A stretch of 64,000 nucleotides of DNA from Cyanophyceae cyanobacterium (GTDB lineage: Bacteria > Cyanobacteriota > Cyanobacteriia > Cyanobacteriales > JBHJGN01): positions 160,001 through 224,000 of the forward strand of contig JBHJGN010000011.1 of assembly GCA_050331735.1 (NCBI GenBank), read 5' to 3'. The notes beneath the pieces are model-generated. The model saw only the letters and a program-made list of their open reading frames with translations, was not told the DNA's origin and made no database searches. The position numbers and the translations under genes were made by a program. Each line of letters begins with the position of its first letter. The stretch's first letter is position 1. Shown piece after piece: positions 29,475-38,905 of the stretch.

Positions 29475-30062
29475 ATGAGACATCGAGAAACCTCTCTGTC
29501 CCGGGAACTAAAGGCGCAGGCCACTATCCTTGGTGGCTTTATTTCGGTTTTTTGGCTGGCAGAACTTGTGGATCGGTTCTTGTTCGGCGGTAGACTGGAT
29601 CTGTTTGGCATCATTCCGCAGCGGCTGATTGGGCTACGCGGCATTCTGTTTGCCCCCTTTCTGCACGGTAATTTTCCTCACCTGATCGCCAATACTATTC
29701 CTTTCCTCACTCTCGGCTGGCTGGTCATGCTTCAAGAAACCAGTGATTTTTGGATTGTGACTCTGATCACCATGATCGTTGGTGGTTTGGGGGTGTGGCT
29801 AATCGGCATTCCTGGGTCGGTTCACGTAGGTGCGAGCATTCTTATCTTTGGCTACCTTGGGTTTCTGCTGCTGCGGGGGTATTTTCAGCGCAACCTCCCC
29901 TCAATCGTGCTGTCTCTGGTTGTCGGCTTTTTCTATGGCGGATTAATTTGGGGCGTATTGCCGACAAGACCGGGAATTTCCTGGGAAGGACACCTGTTTG
30001 GATTTTTGGGAGGTGTGCTAGCGGCTCGCCTGATTGCAAAAGAGAAACAAACCTATTCCTAA
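29475..30062 (+). CDS. Rhomboid family intramembrane serine protease
   Basis: PFLHG..PHL.AN, catalytic GAS, SWEGHLFG. Confidence 0.92.
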   Translation: MRHRETSLSRELKAQATILGGFISVFWLAELVDRFLFGGRLDLFGIIPQRLIGLRGILFAPFLHGNFPHLIANTIPFLTLGWLVMLQETSDFWIVTLITMIVGGLGVWLIGIPGSVHVGASILIFGYLGFLLLRGYFQRNLPSIVLSLVVGFFYGGLIWGVLPTRPGISWEGHLFGFLGGVLAARLIAKEKQTYS

Positions 30063-30066
30063 TTTT

Positions 30067-30993
30067 TCAAGAAAAAATTAGGACAATATAGCCAACGTAG
30101 GTGGCTAGCAAAATGACTCCTTCCCAACGTTCTATTCTTAATTGAGTAGAAATAAGGGGCAGGACAACAATGCTAATGCCAATGGCAATCCAGAGATCGA
30201 ACCCCGTAATATTGGCTGATACGGCAATTGGGTTAAAAACGGCGGTTGTGCCTAAAATCCCAAGAACATTAAAGATATTGGAGCCAATTAAATTACCGAG
30301 CACAATATTTCCCTCGCGCTTCATTGCCGCGACTAAGCTACTGGCAAGTTCTGGGAGACTTGTGCCTACAGCGACGATACTGAGTCCGATTACTCGCTCC
30401 GATATGCCGACGTTGCGCGCTAAATCGACCGCTCCTAACACTAAACTCTGTGCTCCTGCAACTAGCAACGCAATGCCAGCAACCACGCCAACAACCGACC
30501 ATTTCACTGATTTATTTTGTCCGTACTCTTGGGTAAATTCATCATCTCCCAAGGAAGCATCGTTTTTAAAGAGATAGAGCAGGTACAGCACCAGTAAACC
30601 ACATAGGATGGCTCCTTCGACTCGGTTGATAGTCTCATCGACGCTAAAGGGAACCAGCAAAATCACCGCAAAGATCATAAACGGAACTTCGCGCCGAATG
30701 AATTGAGAAGATGCGCGTAGAGGAAAGATGATGGCGGATAGTCCAAGAATTAAACCCAGATTGGCAATGTTGGAGCCAACGACATTGCCGACTGCCATAT
30801 CAGGCGCTCCTTGAAGCGTAGCGGTCAGGGTCGCTAATAGCTCAGGACTAGAGGTTCCAAAGGCAACAATCGTTAAGCCAATAACGGCTGGACTGAGCCG
30901 CAGAGAGAGGGCAAGACGAGACGAATGATTGACTAGTACTTCACCCCCGAAGTAAAGTAAGGCAATCCCGATCAGAATTAAGAGAATTTCCAT
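30067..30993 (-). CDS. Calcium/sodium antiporter (YrbG/CaCA family)
   Basis: Two alpha repeats: GTSSPEL...GNVVGSNIAN and GTSLPEL...GNLIGSNIFN. Likely ATG 30993. Confidence 0.92.
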   Translation of the reverse strand: MEILLILIGIALLYFGGEVLVNHSSRLALSLRLSPAVIGLTIVAFGTSSPELLATLTATLQGAPDMAVGNVVGSNIANLGLILGLSAIIFPLRASSQFIRREVPFMIFAVILLVPFSVDETINRVEGAILCGLLVLYLLYLFKNDASLGDDEFTQEYGQNKSVKWSVVGVVAGIALLVAGAQSLVLGAVDLARNVGISERVIGLSIVAVGTSLPELASSLVAAMKREGNIVLGNLIGSNIFNVLGILGTTAVFNPIAVSANITGFDLWIAIGISIVVLPLISTQLRIERWEGVILLATYVGYIVLIFS

Positions 30994-31065
30994 GTAGGAC
31001 GGTAGTCGCAATATATTACTACTACCATTGTGACTGCCCAATCTTTCGGCTAAAAGCAAATTTTT

Positions 31066-31149
31066 TTAAGCCAGCAGAATAACAAGCATCAAAAACCCGA
31101 AGAGCGTGATTCCTGATGAAAAGAAGATAGATTCAGTAATTGATTTCAT
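31066..31149 (-). CDS. Putative 27-aa single-TM micro-protein MKSITESIFFSSGITLFGFLMLVILLA
   Basis: ATG 31149 to TAA 31066. Strongly hydrophobic C-terminal 20 aa, purine-rich AGGGAAAG upstream, and its own promoter and HLR1 site. Confidence 0.55.
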   Translation of the reverse strand: MKSITESIFFSSGITLFGFLMLVILLA

Positions 31150-31182
31150 CGCTGTTATAATCTTTCCCTATTACTTTTAACT

Positions 31183-31200
31183 AATGTAACGCAATGTAAA
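31183..31200 (-). promoter_or_regulatory. HLR1 (RpaB-binding) direct repeat overlapping a -10 element
   Basis: Minus strand TTTACATT-gc-GTTACATT is a perfect (G/T)TTACA(T/A)(T/A)-N2 repeat. TTGCAA-N18-TACATT places the -10 inside the second half-site. Confidence 0.8.
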
Positions 31201-31240
31201 GAATTATTGCAACAAATCACTGTTTTGTTATTGATCATCG

Positions 31241-31280
31241 GTCGTTAGTCCTTTGGTTCCAAGGACCAAGGACTAACGAC
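31241..31280. terminator. STRR-built hairpin downstream of narB
   Basis: GTCGTTAGTCCTT...AAGGACTAACGAC. Confidence 0.65.
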
Positions 31281-31295
31281 GAATAACAAAATGCT

Positions 31296-33530
31296 CTATC
31301 GCTGCACAGACAGAGGTTCAGGAGTTAGCTCCCGAAAAGCCACCTCCCCAGCTTCAACAACAGGAACAATCTGAACGGCACAGGCTTTGAGTTCTGGCTC
31401 TAGAGAAATGGGGCAGGCTTCCGGATGTGTCAGGATATTAGCTTCAGCAAAGTCTGCCCAGAGTGCGCCCCAGTGCATCGGGACAAATACCGTTCCGGGG
31501 GCGATCGCCTTAGTCACCTTAGCCGGAAAGCGAGCCAGTCCTCGGCGTGATCGCACCTCAACCCACTGCCCCGCTTCAACCGCTAGCTTTTGAGCATCGC
31601 GGGGATGAATTTCAATAAAAGGTTCTGGGTGCATCTGCTTAATTTTGTCGATGCGTCCTGTACGGGTTTGGGTATGCCAGTGCCCGTAAAGCCGACCAAC
31701 GGTGAGCACGAAAGGATACTGCTCGTCGGCTGGTTCAGCCAGTCCTTGAGAATGGAACGCCGCAAACTTCGCCCGTCCATCCTCCGTGGGAAAAGACCAG
31801 TTGGTATAAAGCCGCTTAGCCGGGATAGGCTTAGAATCCTCTTTCCCCTTTTCCCTTTCCCCTTTCCCCTGATCCTCTTCCGGGCAAGGCCACTGAATCG
31901 GTCCTTCTGCGCGCAGGCGATCGTAATTAATCCCGGTCTGGTCGCAGAGTTGCCCGTTCGTAAACCGCACAAATTCAGCGTAAACCGCCGCCGAGTCAGT
32001 AAAGCTGAACTGCTCGGTAAATCCTAGGCGACGACCCACCTCAGCGAAAATTTCCCAGTCAGCCTTGGCCTCTCCAGGGCGAGGGCGGAACTGAGGACAG
32101 AGAGTAACAAAGCGCTCAGAATTAGTCATGGTCCCGGTTTTCTCGCTCCACTGCGCCGCTGGCAGCAGGATGTGGGCGTAGTCAGCGGTTTCTGTGGGGT
32201 AATAGGCATCTTGATACACCGTCAGCGGAGAGCGCAACAGCGCGGCCTTGGTGCGCTCCAAATCCGGCATACTAACGGCGGGGTTGGTGGCAGCAATCCA
32301 CAATAGACCCACTTCTCTCTGTTCTAACCCGGTAATCATGCTCCAGGCATCGCGTCCAGCCTGGGGCGCAATGGTTCCGGGCTGTAATCCCCAAAGCTGC
32401 TCGACTTCGGCGCGATGCTGAGGATTTTTGACGACGCGGTAGCCGGGAAGGATGTGCGAGAGACCTCCGGCTTCTCGTCCCCCCATCGCGTTTGGTTGCC
32501 CGGTCAGAGAAAAGGGTCCGGCCCCGGGTTTACCGATATTTCCCGTCATCAAATGGAGGTTAATGATGGTGCGAACTTTCGCCGTTCCCTCAGAAGACTG
32601 GTTAACGCCCATCGACCACAGGGACAGCACTCGTTCCGACTCTCCCCACCAGCGCGCTGCCTGTTCCAGCTCATCGATGCGAATGCCGCATTTGCGGGCC
32701 ACCAATTCCGGGGAATAGTGCTGAATTACCCCAGCATAGTCGGAAAACCCGGCGGTACACTCATCGATGAAGAACGTATCTAGCTGGCGCGATCGCATTA
32801 ATAGATGAGCGATGCCGTTGAGGAGATCGATATCGGTTCCGGGATGAATGGCCAAATGCAGATCGGCGGCTTCTGCTGTTTCGGTGCGACGCGGGTCGAC
32901 AACGATCATCTTCACCTTGCGGTTCTTTTTATGATGCTTGCGGAGGCGATTAAAAACGATCGGATGACATTCGGCAGTATTCGTGCCAATTAAAAAGGCG
33001 CAATCGGTGAGTTCGAGGTCTTCGTAGCAGCAGGGTGGACCATCGGAGCCAAAGCTCTGGATGTAGCCTGCGACCGCTGAGGACATGCACAGACGCGAGT
33101 TGGCATCAAAGTTGTTCGTTCCTAAACAGCCTTTGAGGAGCTTTTGAGCAGTATAGTAGTCTTCGGTTTGAAACTGACCCGACCCGTACAGGCAAATCCC
33201 GTCTGGTCCTTGAAGGGCGCGAACGGTTTGAATGCGGTTGACAATGCGATTCAAGGCTTCATCCCAACTGACGCGGCGAAACGGGTCCGACAAGGACTCC
33301 CGCAGCAGCGGATACTTGAGGCGGTTTTTGTCCAAAGACTCAGCAATCGTGGCTCCCTTAACGCAGACCATTCCCTGGCTAGAAGGATGAGCGCGATCGC
33401 CTCTCACTTTCCAAACCGGTCGCCCTTGGCTGTTTCGGTGAACCGCCTGTCCGGGCTGGGCAGGGGGGAGTACTTCCAAGCCGCAACCGACGCCGCAGTA
33501 GGGGCATAAAGTTTTCGCCGAGTCTGTCAT
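31296..33530 (-). CDS. narB: Ferredoxin-dependent assimilatory nitrate reductase
   Basis: CPYCGVGCG...CVKG Fe-S motif, [42 protein letters not shown]. Confidence 0.96.
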   Translation of the reverse strand: MTDSAKTLCPYCGVGCGLEVLPPAQPGQAVHRNSQGRPVWKVRGDRAHPSSQGMVCVKGATIAESLDKNRLKYPLLRESLSDPFRRVSWDEALNRIVNRIQTVRALQGPDGICLYGSGQFQTEDYYTAQKLLKGCLGTNNFDANSRLCMSSAVAGYIQSFGSDGPPCCYEDLELTDCAFLIGTNTAECHPIVFNRLRKHHKKNRKVKMIVVDPRRTETAEAADLHLAIHPGTDIDLLNGIAHLLMRSRQLDTFFIDECTAGFSDYAGVIQHYSPELVARKCGIRIDELEQAARWWGESERVLSLWSMGVNQSSEGTAKVRTIINLHLMTGNIGKPGAGPFSLTGQPNAMGGREAGGLSHILPGYRVVKNPQHRAEVEQLWGLQPGTIAPQAGRDAWSMITGLEQREVGLLWIAATNPAVSMPDLERTKAALLRSPLTVYQDAYYPTETADYAHILLPAAQWSEKTGTMTNSERFVTLCPQFRPRPGEAKADWEIFAEVGRRLGFTEQFSFTDSAAVYAEFVRFTNGQLCDQTGINYDRLRAEGPIQWPCPEEDQGKGEREKGKEDSKPIPAKRLYTNWSFPTEDGRAKFAAFHSQGLAEPADEQYPFVLTVGRLYGHWHTQTRTGRIDKIKQMHPEPFIEIHPRDAQKLAVEAGQWVEVRSRRGLARFPAKVTKAIAPGTVFVPMHWGALWADFAEANILTHPEACPISLEPELKACAVQIVPVVEAGEVAFRELTPEPLSVQR

Positions 33531-33672
33531 TCCATGTCTCTCCTATCGCTGCATCTTTCCGTATTGTGAGCATCAGGCACCTAGCACTGGTTGCTCGTCG
33601 TCTCCTTAACCCTGGGTAGCAAGAGCGCCGTTTGCTATTGTAAGTAATTCTCCCTAGCTCATTCTGATGCCA

Positions 33673-33713
33673 ATTTTACTGAATCTCTTCTCATTTAATG
33701 TCCTGGAAGATAC
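33673..33713 (-). promoter_or_regulatory. Imperfect NtcA-type promoter upstream of narB
   Basis: Minus strand GTAtcttccagGAC, 21-nt spacer, TAAAAT. Confidence 0.45.
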
Positions 33714-33875
33714 GGAATCTAATTCCGTCCGCTCGTGACTGATACTGATAGCGCTAAGGATAGACGAGAACAAGCTGGCTCCCTAGCCCCTCTAGAAAGG
33801 GCTGACCTTAAGATAGACTGATTGTGGTTGGAATCCTGGAACAATAAAAGAAATCAAGTTTTGGTCCTAGCAGTA

Positions 33876-34760
33876 ATGAATTTTAACTTCTTTGATTTGT
33901 TCTGGATATTTTTGGTAATCTCCTCTCTACAACCCCTGTGGCAGCGCCGTCAAACAGAATCTCGTCGCGTTGGTCTGCTGCGAGAGTTTGAACAAAAGCA
34001 GCAAAGTCGCGCGATTTTATTAATTCATCGCCAAGAATCAATTAGTTTACTAGGCATTCCGTTGTCACGCTATATTTCGATTGAAGATTCTGAGCAGGTG
34101 CTGCGGGCTATTCGCCTCACTCCTGACAACGTTCCCATCGATCTGATTTTGCATACTCCTGGGGGCTTGGTGCTGGCAACCGAACAAATTGCGCGAGCCT
34201 TGGTGCGCCACCCGTCGAAAGTTACCGTTTATGTGCCCCACTACGCCATGAGTGGCGGGACGATGTTAGCGCTAGCCGCCGATGAAATCGTTATGGATGC
34301 CAACGCGGTTCTAGGTCCGGTCGATCCGCAGTTAGGCAATATGGCCGCCGCCAGCATTCTCCAAGTCCTGGAACAAAAGTCTGTTGATAAAATCGACGAT
34401 GAGACGCTGATCATGGCAGATTTAGCCGGAAAAGCTATGAATCAGGTCCAGCGTTTTGTGCGGACGTTGCTTAAAGATGATGTCCCGCAAACGAAAGTCG
34501 CCCCAGAAAATATCGAAAAAATTGTTGATGCTCTTACCAGTGGCAAAATCACCCACGACTGCCCGATTACCGTCGAAGAAGCGACAGAACTCGGCTTACC
34601 AATTTCGGTGGGGCTACCAAAGACGATCTATCAACTGATGGAACTCTATCCTCAGCCTCAAGGAGGTCGTCCATCGGTCCAGTATATCCCGATGCCTTAC
34701 AAACCTTATCCATCGTTGCCCGAATCGAAAGGGAGACCTGTCCCCGATACAGGAAGTTAA
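33876..34760 (+). CDS. SDH-family Clp-fold serine protease with N-terminal TM
   Basis: LIHRQE, IDLILHTPGG, PHYAMSGGT, LGPVDPQ, THD.PI. Likely ATG 33876. Confidence 0.88.
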   Translation: MNFNFFDLFWIFLVISSLQPLWQRRQTESRRVGLLREFEQKQQSRAILLIHRQESISLLGIPLSRYISIEDSEQVLRAIRLTPDNVPIDLILHTPGGLVLATEQIARALVRHPSKVTVYVPHYAMSGGTMLALAADEIVMDANAVLGPVDPQLGNMAAASILQVLEQKSVDKIDDETLIMADLAGKAMNQVQRFVRTLLKDDVPQTKVAPENIEKIVDALTSGKITHDCPITVEEATELGLPISVGLPKTIYQLMELYPQPQGGRPSVQYIPMPYKPYPSLPESKGRPVPDTGS

Positions 34761-34776
34761 ATTAAGCTTTCTGTGG

Positions 34777-35418
34777 CTAAACCTCTCGTTGGGCAATGAC
34801 GGCATAGAACGGATCGCTACCGCCAACGCCAAGCATCTGTAGAAAAGTGGGCACTGAAGATGGATGAGTAACCGCCTCTGGTTCGCTAAATCCAGGTACA
34901 GAACGGAAGTAGGTTTTAACGAGTTCAACTCGACTGGCTTCTGTGCCGTCTCTCCAGGCGGCGATCGCTTTTTCGTAGAACATGCGGTTGGAGAAGCTGA
35001 TGATAGCAATGCCTCCAGGTTTAAGGATGCGGTGAATCTCGGGAAAAATCGCTTCTGGGTACTGCAAGTACTGTATCGATACGGCGTTGAGAACGGCATC
35101 AAAATCCTGGTCGGCTAGCGGTAGCTGGGGATGAGTGTTTAAGTTTTGGACAAAGTAGTGGTCTAGCTGGGGATTTTTGGCCAACTCCTCTTCGTTCATG
35201 CCGTGTCCCTCGACATGGTCAAATTCCATCTCTGGCAGATGAGACACCCAGCTACTCATCATGTCGAAGATGCGAGTGTAGGGGCGCAGTCTTTCTTGAT
35301 AGAGATTGGTGAGTTGGTCGATAAACCCATCGTCAACGTGAGTGACAAATCGAGGGAAAGAATAAAAGTGGGCATCTTCAGTTGAGTCTAGCTTGTTGCG
35401 TTGCTCTGGTCGCAGCAT
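34777..35418 (-). CDS. Class I SAM-dependent methyltransferase
   Basis: FY..PRFVTHVD, DMMSSWVSHLP, GHGMNEEEL, LKPGG...SFSNR. Confidence 0.88.
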   Translation of the reverse strand: MLRPEQRNKLDSTEDAHFYSFPRFVTHVDDGFIDQLTNLYQERLRPYTRIFDMMSSWVSHLPEMEFDHVEGHGMNEEELAKNPQLDHYFVQNLNTHPQLPLADQDFDAVLNAVSIQYLQYPEAIFPEIHRILKPGGIAIISFSNRMFYEKAIAAWRDGTEASRVELVKTYFRSVPGFSEPEAVTHPSSVPTFLQMLGVGGSDPFYAVIAQREV

Positions 35419-35499
35419 GATTGTTTCAGCAGGAGGAACTTCTTTAGTGTAAAAAATTTAGGGAGTCGTTATTAGCTCTCGCTAACAGCTAATCGCTTT

Positions 35500-36918
35500 C
35501 TACGGTAGCCATACCGGATGAAACCCTGCTACTAGCTCTTCTGGGACAATTTCTTCAGGAGCAAAGGCTGGAAAATCGTTAAGCGGTAATTGCCAAATCA
35601 GACCGGCTGCGATCGCCTGACCCTGCTGGGTAATCGGGAAGCGATCTCTACTCGGCGGACTTGTCGCTACCTGATCGAACAGCAGAGAAATCCTGTCTGG
35701 AGAAATGCTCAACTGCACGTCCTGATAAGTTGGTAGAGCGAGTAAAGGAACCTCGGCGTTGGTTTCTACCTTAATCGCGGCTAAGTATGGTTCTTCTCGG
35801 TATTGTCCCCGATCTTCAATAAGCTCGGTTTTGAGGCAAAACAGAGTTTCTGGCGACTTAAAGCGACAGTCGATTATTGGGCCCACCGTGCGGAACAGTT
35901 CTCGGTCTTCCTCCGCTGAGATGATAAACAGCGATCGCGTATAGTCGGGGTTGTACTTGACTAGCAGCTTGTGAGTCCCATCAGCAGAAAATGCTAAAAT
36001 TCTGCTGTACCCCGGATAAAACTGCGATGAGCCTCCCTCGTCTATAGGAATTAGCGCGATGCCTGTACTTTGTTCAACGGCGACGGTATGGCCGTCTGGG
36101 GCAATGACAAAATTTTCTGCTGGAATGCCCAGCGGTCTGGGCGTTCCGTCTGCCGATACAATCCATAAACCTGACTCCGCTGGATTCTGCCGATTGACTC
36201 TTTGCACCACCATCGTTTTCCCGTCTTCTGCCACATCAAATTTGACATTTTGGTAACTCTGTGCGTCGAGCAGAAGATGAATTCTGCCGCTGGGCTGAGG
36301 GGTAGCATTGGCCTCTAATCCAGTGGTGACGGTGTAAAGCTGTTGTTGAGAAAAGCCTTGTTCATCGTAGCGTTCGTAGGCAGAAAAGAGCAGGCGATCA
36401 CGACTACCGTAAATCGCCACATCGGTCACGACGAGGTCGGCTGGAGTAAGCACACTTTTTTGCTCTTGAGTAAGATTGTAGAGAATCAGCCGTCCTTGTT
36501 CGGCTTCATCCACTCCAATGTAGGCCAAGAGGCGATCGCGGGTAGGAACATTCCTCACAAAGGAGATTTCTTCGTCTTGAAATGAACCTTGCAGACTCAC
36601 TTGATAAGCTGTGCCGTAAATAGGAGGTTCGGCAAGAGTATAAACCAAAGCGCGATCGTTACTGCTCAAGGTTCCCGGAAGCGCTGGTTCTATCTGCACG
36701 TCTAGGAACTCGGGATCGATGGGACCATTAAAAGCGAGGGTCAATTGTTGGTCCTCTGCGCCAAGGGTTTGCTCTGCCCAGCTAAAGGATGTAACGTGAA
36801 GCGGAGTGCGATCGCCGTTCACCCAAACGGCAGCGCTCAGCGCACCAATAATCGCCATCGCGCCCACAGCCACCAGATCGAAGCGGCTAATTTGCCCTTT
36901 CTTTTTAGTCTGCGCCAT
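35500..36918 (-). CDS. Membrane-anchored protein with Ig-like domain and TolB-like beta-propeller
   Basis: N-terminal TM, L.FN.P...I.P.LPG...P.YG..Y.V Ig-like segment, repeated (S/A)PDG/ADG blades. Confidence 0.7.
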   Translation of the reverse strand: MAQTKKKGQISRFDLVAVGAMAIIGALSAAVWVNGDRTPLHVTSFSWAEQTLGAEDQQLTLAFNGPIDPEFLDVQIEPALPGTLSSNDRALVYTLAEPPIYGTAYQVSLQGSFQDEEISFVRNVPTRDRLLAYIGVDEAEQGRLILYNLTQEQKSVLTPADLVVTDVAIYGSRDRLLFSAYERYDEQGFSQQQLYTVTTGLEANATPQPSGRIHLLLDAQSYQNVKFDVAEDGKTMVVQRVNRQNPAESGLWIVSADGTPRPLGIPAENFVIAPDGHTVAVEQSTGIALIPIDEGGSSQFYPGYSRILAFSADGTHKLLVKYNPDYTRSLFIISAEEDRELFRTVGPIIDCRFKSPETLFCLKTELIEDRGQYREEPYLAAIKVETNAEVPLLALPTYQDVQLSISPDRISLLFDQVATSPPSRDRFPITQQGQAIAAGLIWQLPLNDFPAFAPEEIVPEELVAGFHPVWLP

Positions 36919-37388
36919 CGATAGGTTTCCACTTTATGATGAGCTAATCTATTCTACTCTTCGTATTGCTTCAACCTTTACTCGGCATTGTGTCCCAGCA
37001 GGTTTTAAAAAGAGCCGTTCACATCAGCAAAAATTTCTTTGTCTCATTAGATAATCCGAACAGGCGATCACGGCGAGGGTCATAGGACTCCAAATCCATT
37101 CCAATTTTTGATATCTGTCAACCGTAGCTCAAATCCCATTATCTAAGCATGTTATTTCCCCTTCGTTCCCATAGCAACAGGCAAATTGGTTCTGACTGAG
37201 TAGCACGATACGAGTACAAAGTCTCGAAGGGCAGCAACAGTGACGACATGGTAGAGTACAGCGTTGAGCTGACGACAAATAAGTAGAGAAACTCTCATCG
37301 AGTTGTTTGCCGCCTTTCAGCCGTGTCTCAGATTAAATTAATAAAGTACCTCAAAGTCAGCTAATTATAATTTAGTCCCAGGAACTCT

Positions 37389-38816
37389 ATGGTATTGGCT
37401 TTAACATGGACACTGCTGTTCGGCTATGGCTTGTTTGTCTACCGCATTGTTCAGAAAACGACGCCAGAGCGCGTTTCAGCATCAGGATTTTTTCAAGGAG
37501 AATCAGCGCAGGGAAAAGCCCCCGGGCTGTGGCTGCTGATGTCGAGTGCGGCGATCTCCTGGATTTTTGCGAAATCTATTGACAACGCAGCCAGTCTAGC
37601 CTACGCGTTTGGCATTGCTGGAGGGGTAGGCTACGCAATTTACTATCTTAGCTTCATGACCGCTGCGATCGCCATTTACTACCTCCGGGTGAGAGGCGGG
37701 TACACATCTTTACCGAGTTTTCTAGTCGATAAATATGGCGCGACCTGTGCCAAGCTGTTTCTGGTGGCGATCGCTATTCGTCTGTTTAACGAAGTGTGGT
37801 CAAATACGAAAGTCTTCTCGCTCTATTTTGGTCCGGAAGGCAGTCCTGGTTACTGGTTGGCGGCGATTCTCGTCACCGGGTTCACCGTTTACTACACGCT
37901 ACTAGGAGGACTGCGCAGCAGCTTGCTGACAGACGGAGTGCAGATGCTGCTGGCGGCAGTGTTGCTGGTGATTATTCTCGTCGTCCTCAGTCCTGGTCTG
38001 CTTCAGCAAGGCTTCCCTACCGTTGAACCGGAAACTCAGGCCGCCGGAATCACGTTCTGTGGCTTGGCGCTAGTACAAATCCTCAGCTATCCGTTCCACG
38101 ATCCGGTGCTGACTGATCGCGCTTTTATTACCTCTCCTCGAAAGATGGTGCGCGGTTTTGTGCTGGCAGGACTGCTCAGCGGCGGCTTCATTTTACTGTT
38201 TAGTCTTGTTGGTCTCTATGCTCTCCGTTTCGGCGTTGAAGGCAAACCAACGCTGGCTGTGCCTGTGCTGTTTGGCTTGCCGCTACTGCTGGTGTTCAAC
38301 GCCATTATGCTGACCAGCGCTGGCTCGACCTTAGATTCTACCTTTTCTAGTACGGCTAAACTATCGGCGCGAGACTGGTCCAACCGGCGCGGCCAGCCGA
38401 CCGAGTCCCAGGCGCTTACCGGACGCTGGGCGATGATGGCGATCGCCGTTCTCGGTAATTTGCCTTTGTTGAGCATTTATCTGGGTGATAGAATCGGTCC
38501 TGCGATTATTCTCGCCACGACGATTAGCGGCACGATGGTGATGGGTCTGGCTCCGATCTTCTTACTGGCCTTCATGCGCTCGGCAGGGCGGTTAAGCTTT
38601 CACCTGGCTTTCTGGCCTGGTTTAATCATTGGCATCCTCCGAGTCCTAGAAAATGCTCTGCAAACCGAGATTTTCCCGGCTTGTCTGGCTCTCGGTACCG
38701 GCAAATATGCCACCGACCTAGGCGTTAACGTTTATGGTTTGATGTTGTGTATCATTGGTTATCTGATCGGGAGCGTTGTTAATAGCAAGCAGTATCCCGA
38801 AGCGGAAAAAAACTAG
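37389..38816 (+). CDS. Sodium:solute symporter (SSS) family transporter
   Basis: Many TM helices, YT..GGLRSSLLTD.VQ, SAGSTLDSTFSS; RBS AGGA. Confidence 0.85.
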   Translation: MVLALTWTLLFGYGLFVYRIVQKTTPERVSASGFFQGESAQGKAPGLWLLMSSAAISWIFAKSIDNAASLAYAFGIAGGVGYAIYYLSFMTAAIAIYYLRVRGGYTSLPSFLVDKYGATCAKLFLVAIAIRLFNEVWSNTKVFSLYFGPEGSPGYWLAAILVTGFTVYYTLLGGLRSSLLTDGVQMLLAAVLLVIILVVLSPGLLQQGFPTVEPETQAAGITFCGLALVQILSYPFHDPVLTDRAFITSPRKMVRGFVLAGLLSGGFILLFSLVGLYALRFGVEGKPTLAVPVLFGLPLLLVFNAIMLTSAGSTLDSTFSSTAKLSARDWSNRRGQPTESQALTGRWAMMAIAVLGNLPLLSIYLGDRIGPAIILATTISGTMVMGLAPIFLLAFMRSAGRLSFHLAFWPGLIIGILRVLENALQTEIFPACLALGTGKYATDLGVNVYGLMLCIIGYLIGSVVNSKQYPEAEKN

Positions 38817-38905
38817 GAGGAAAGCCACTTCATTAGCAGGGGCGGAAGATTGTTGATGGCTGATTAAATTGCTCTTAGCTAAATGATTGCCATTGACCAT
38901 CAACC

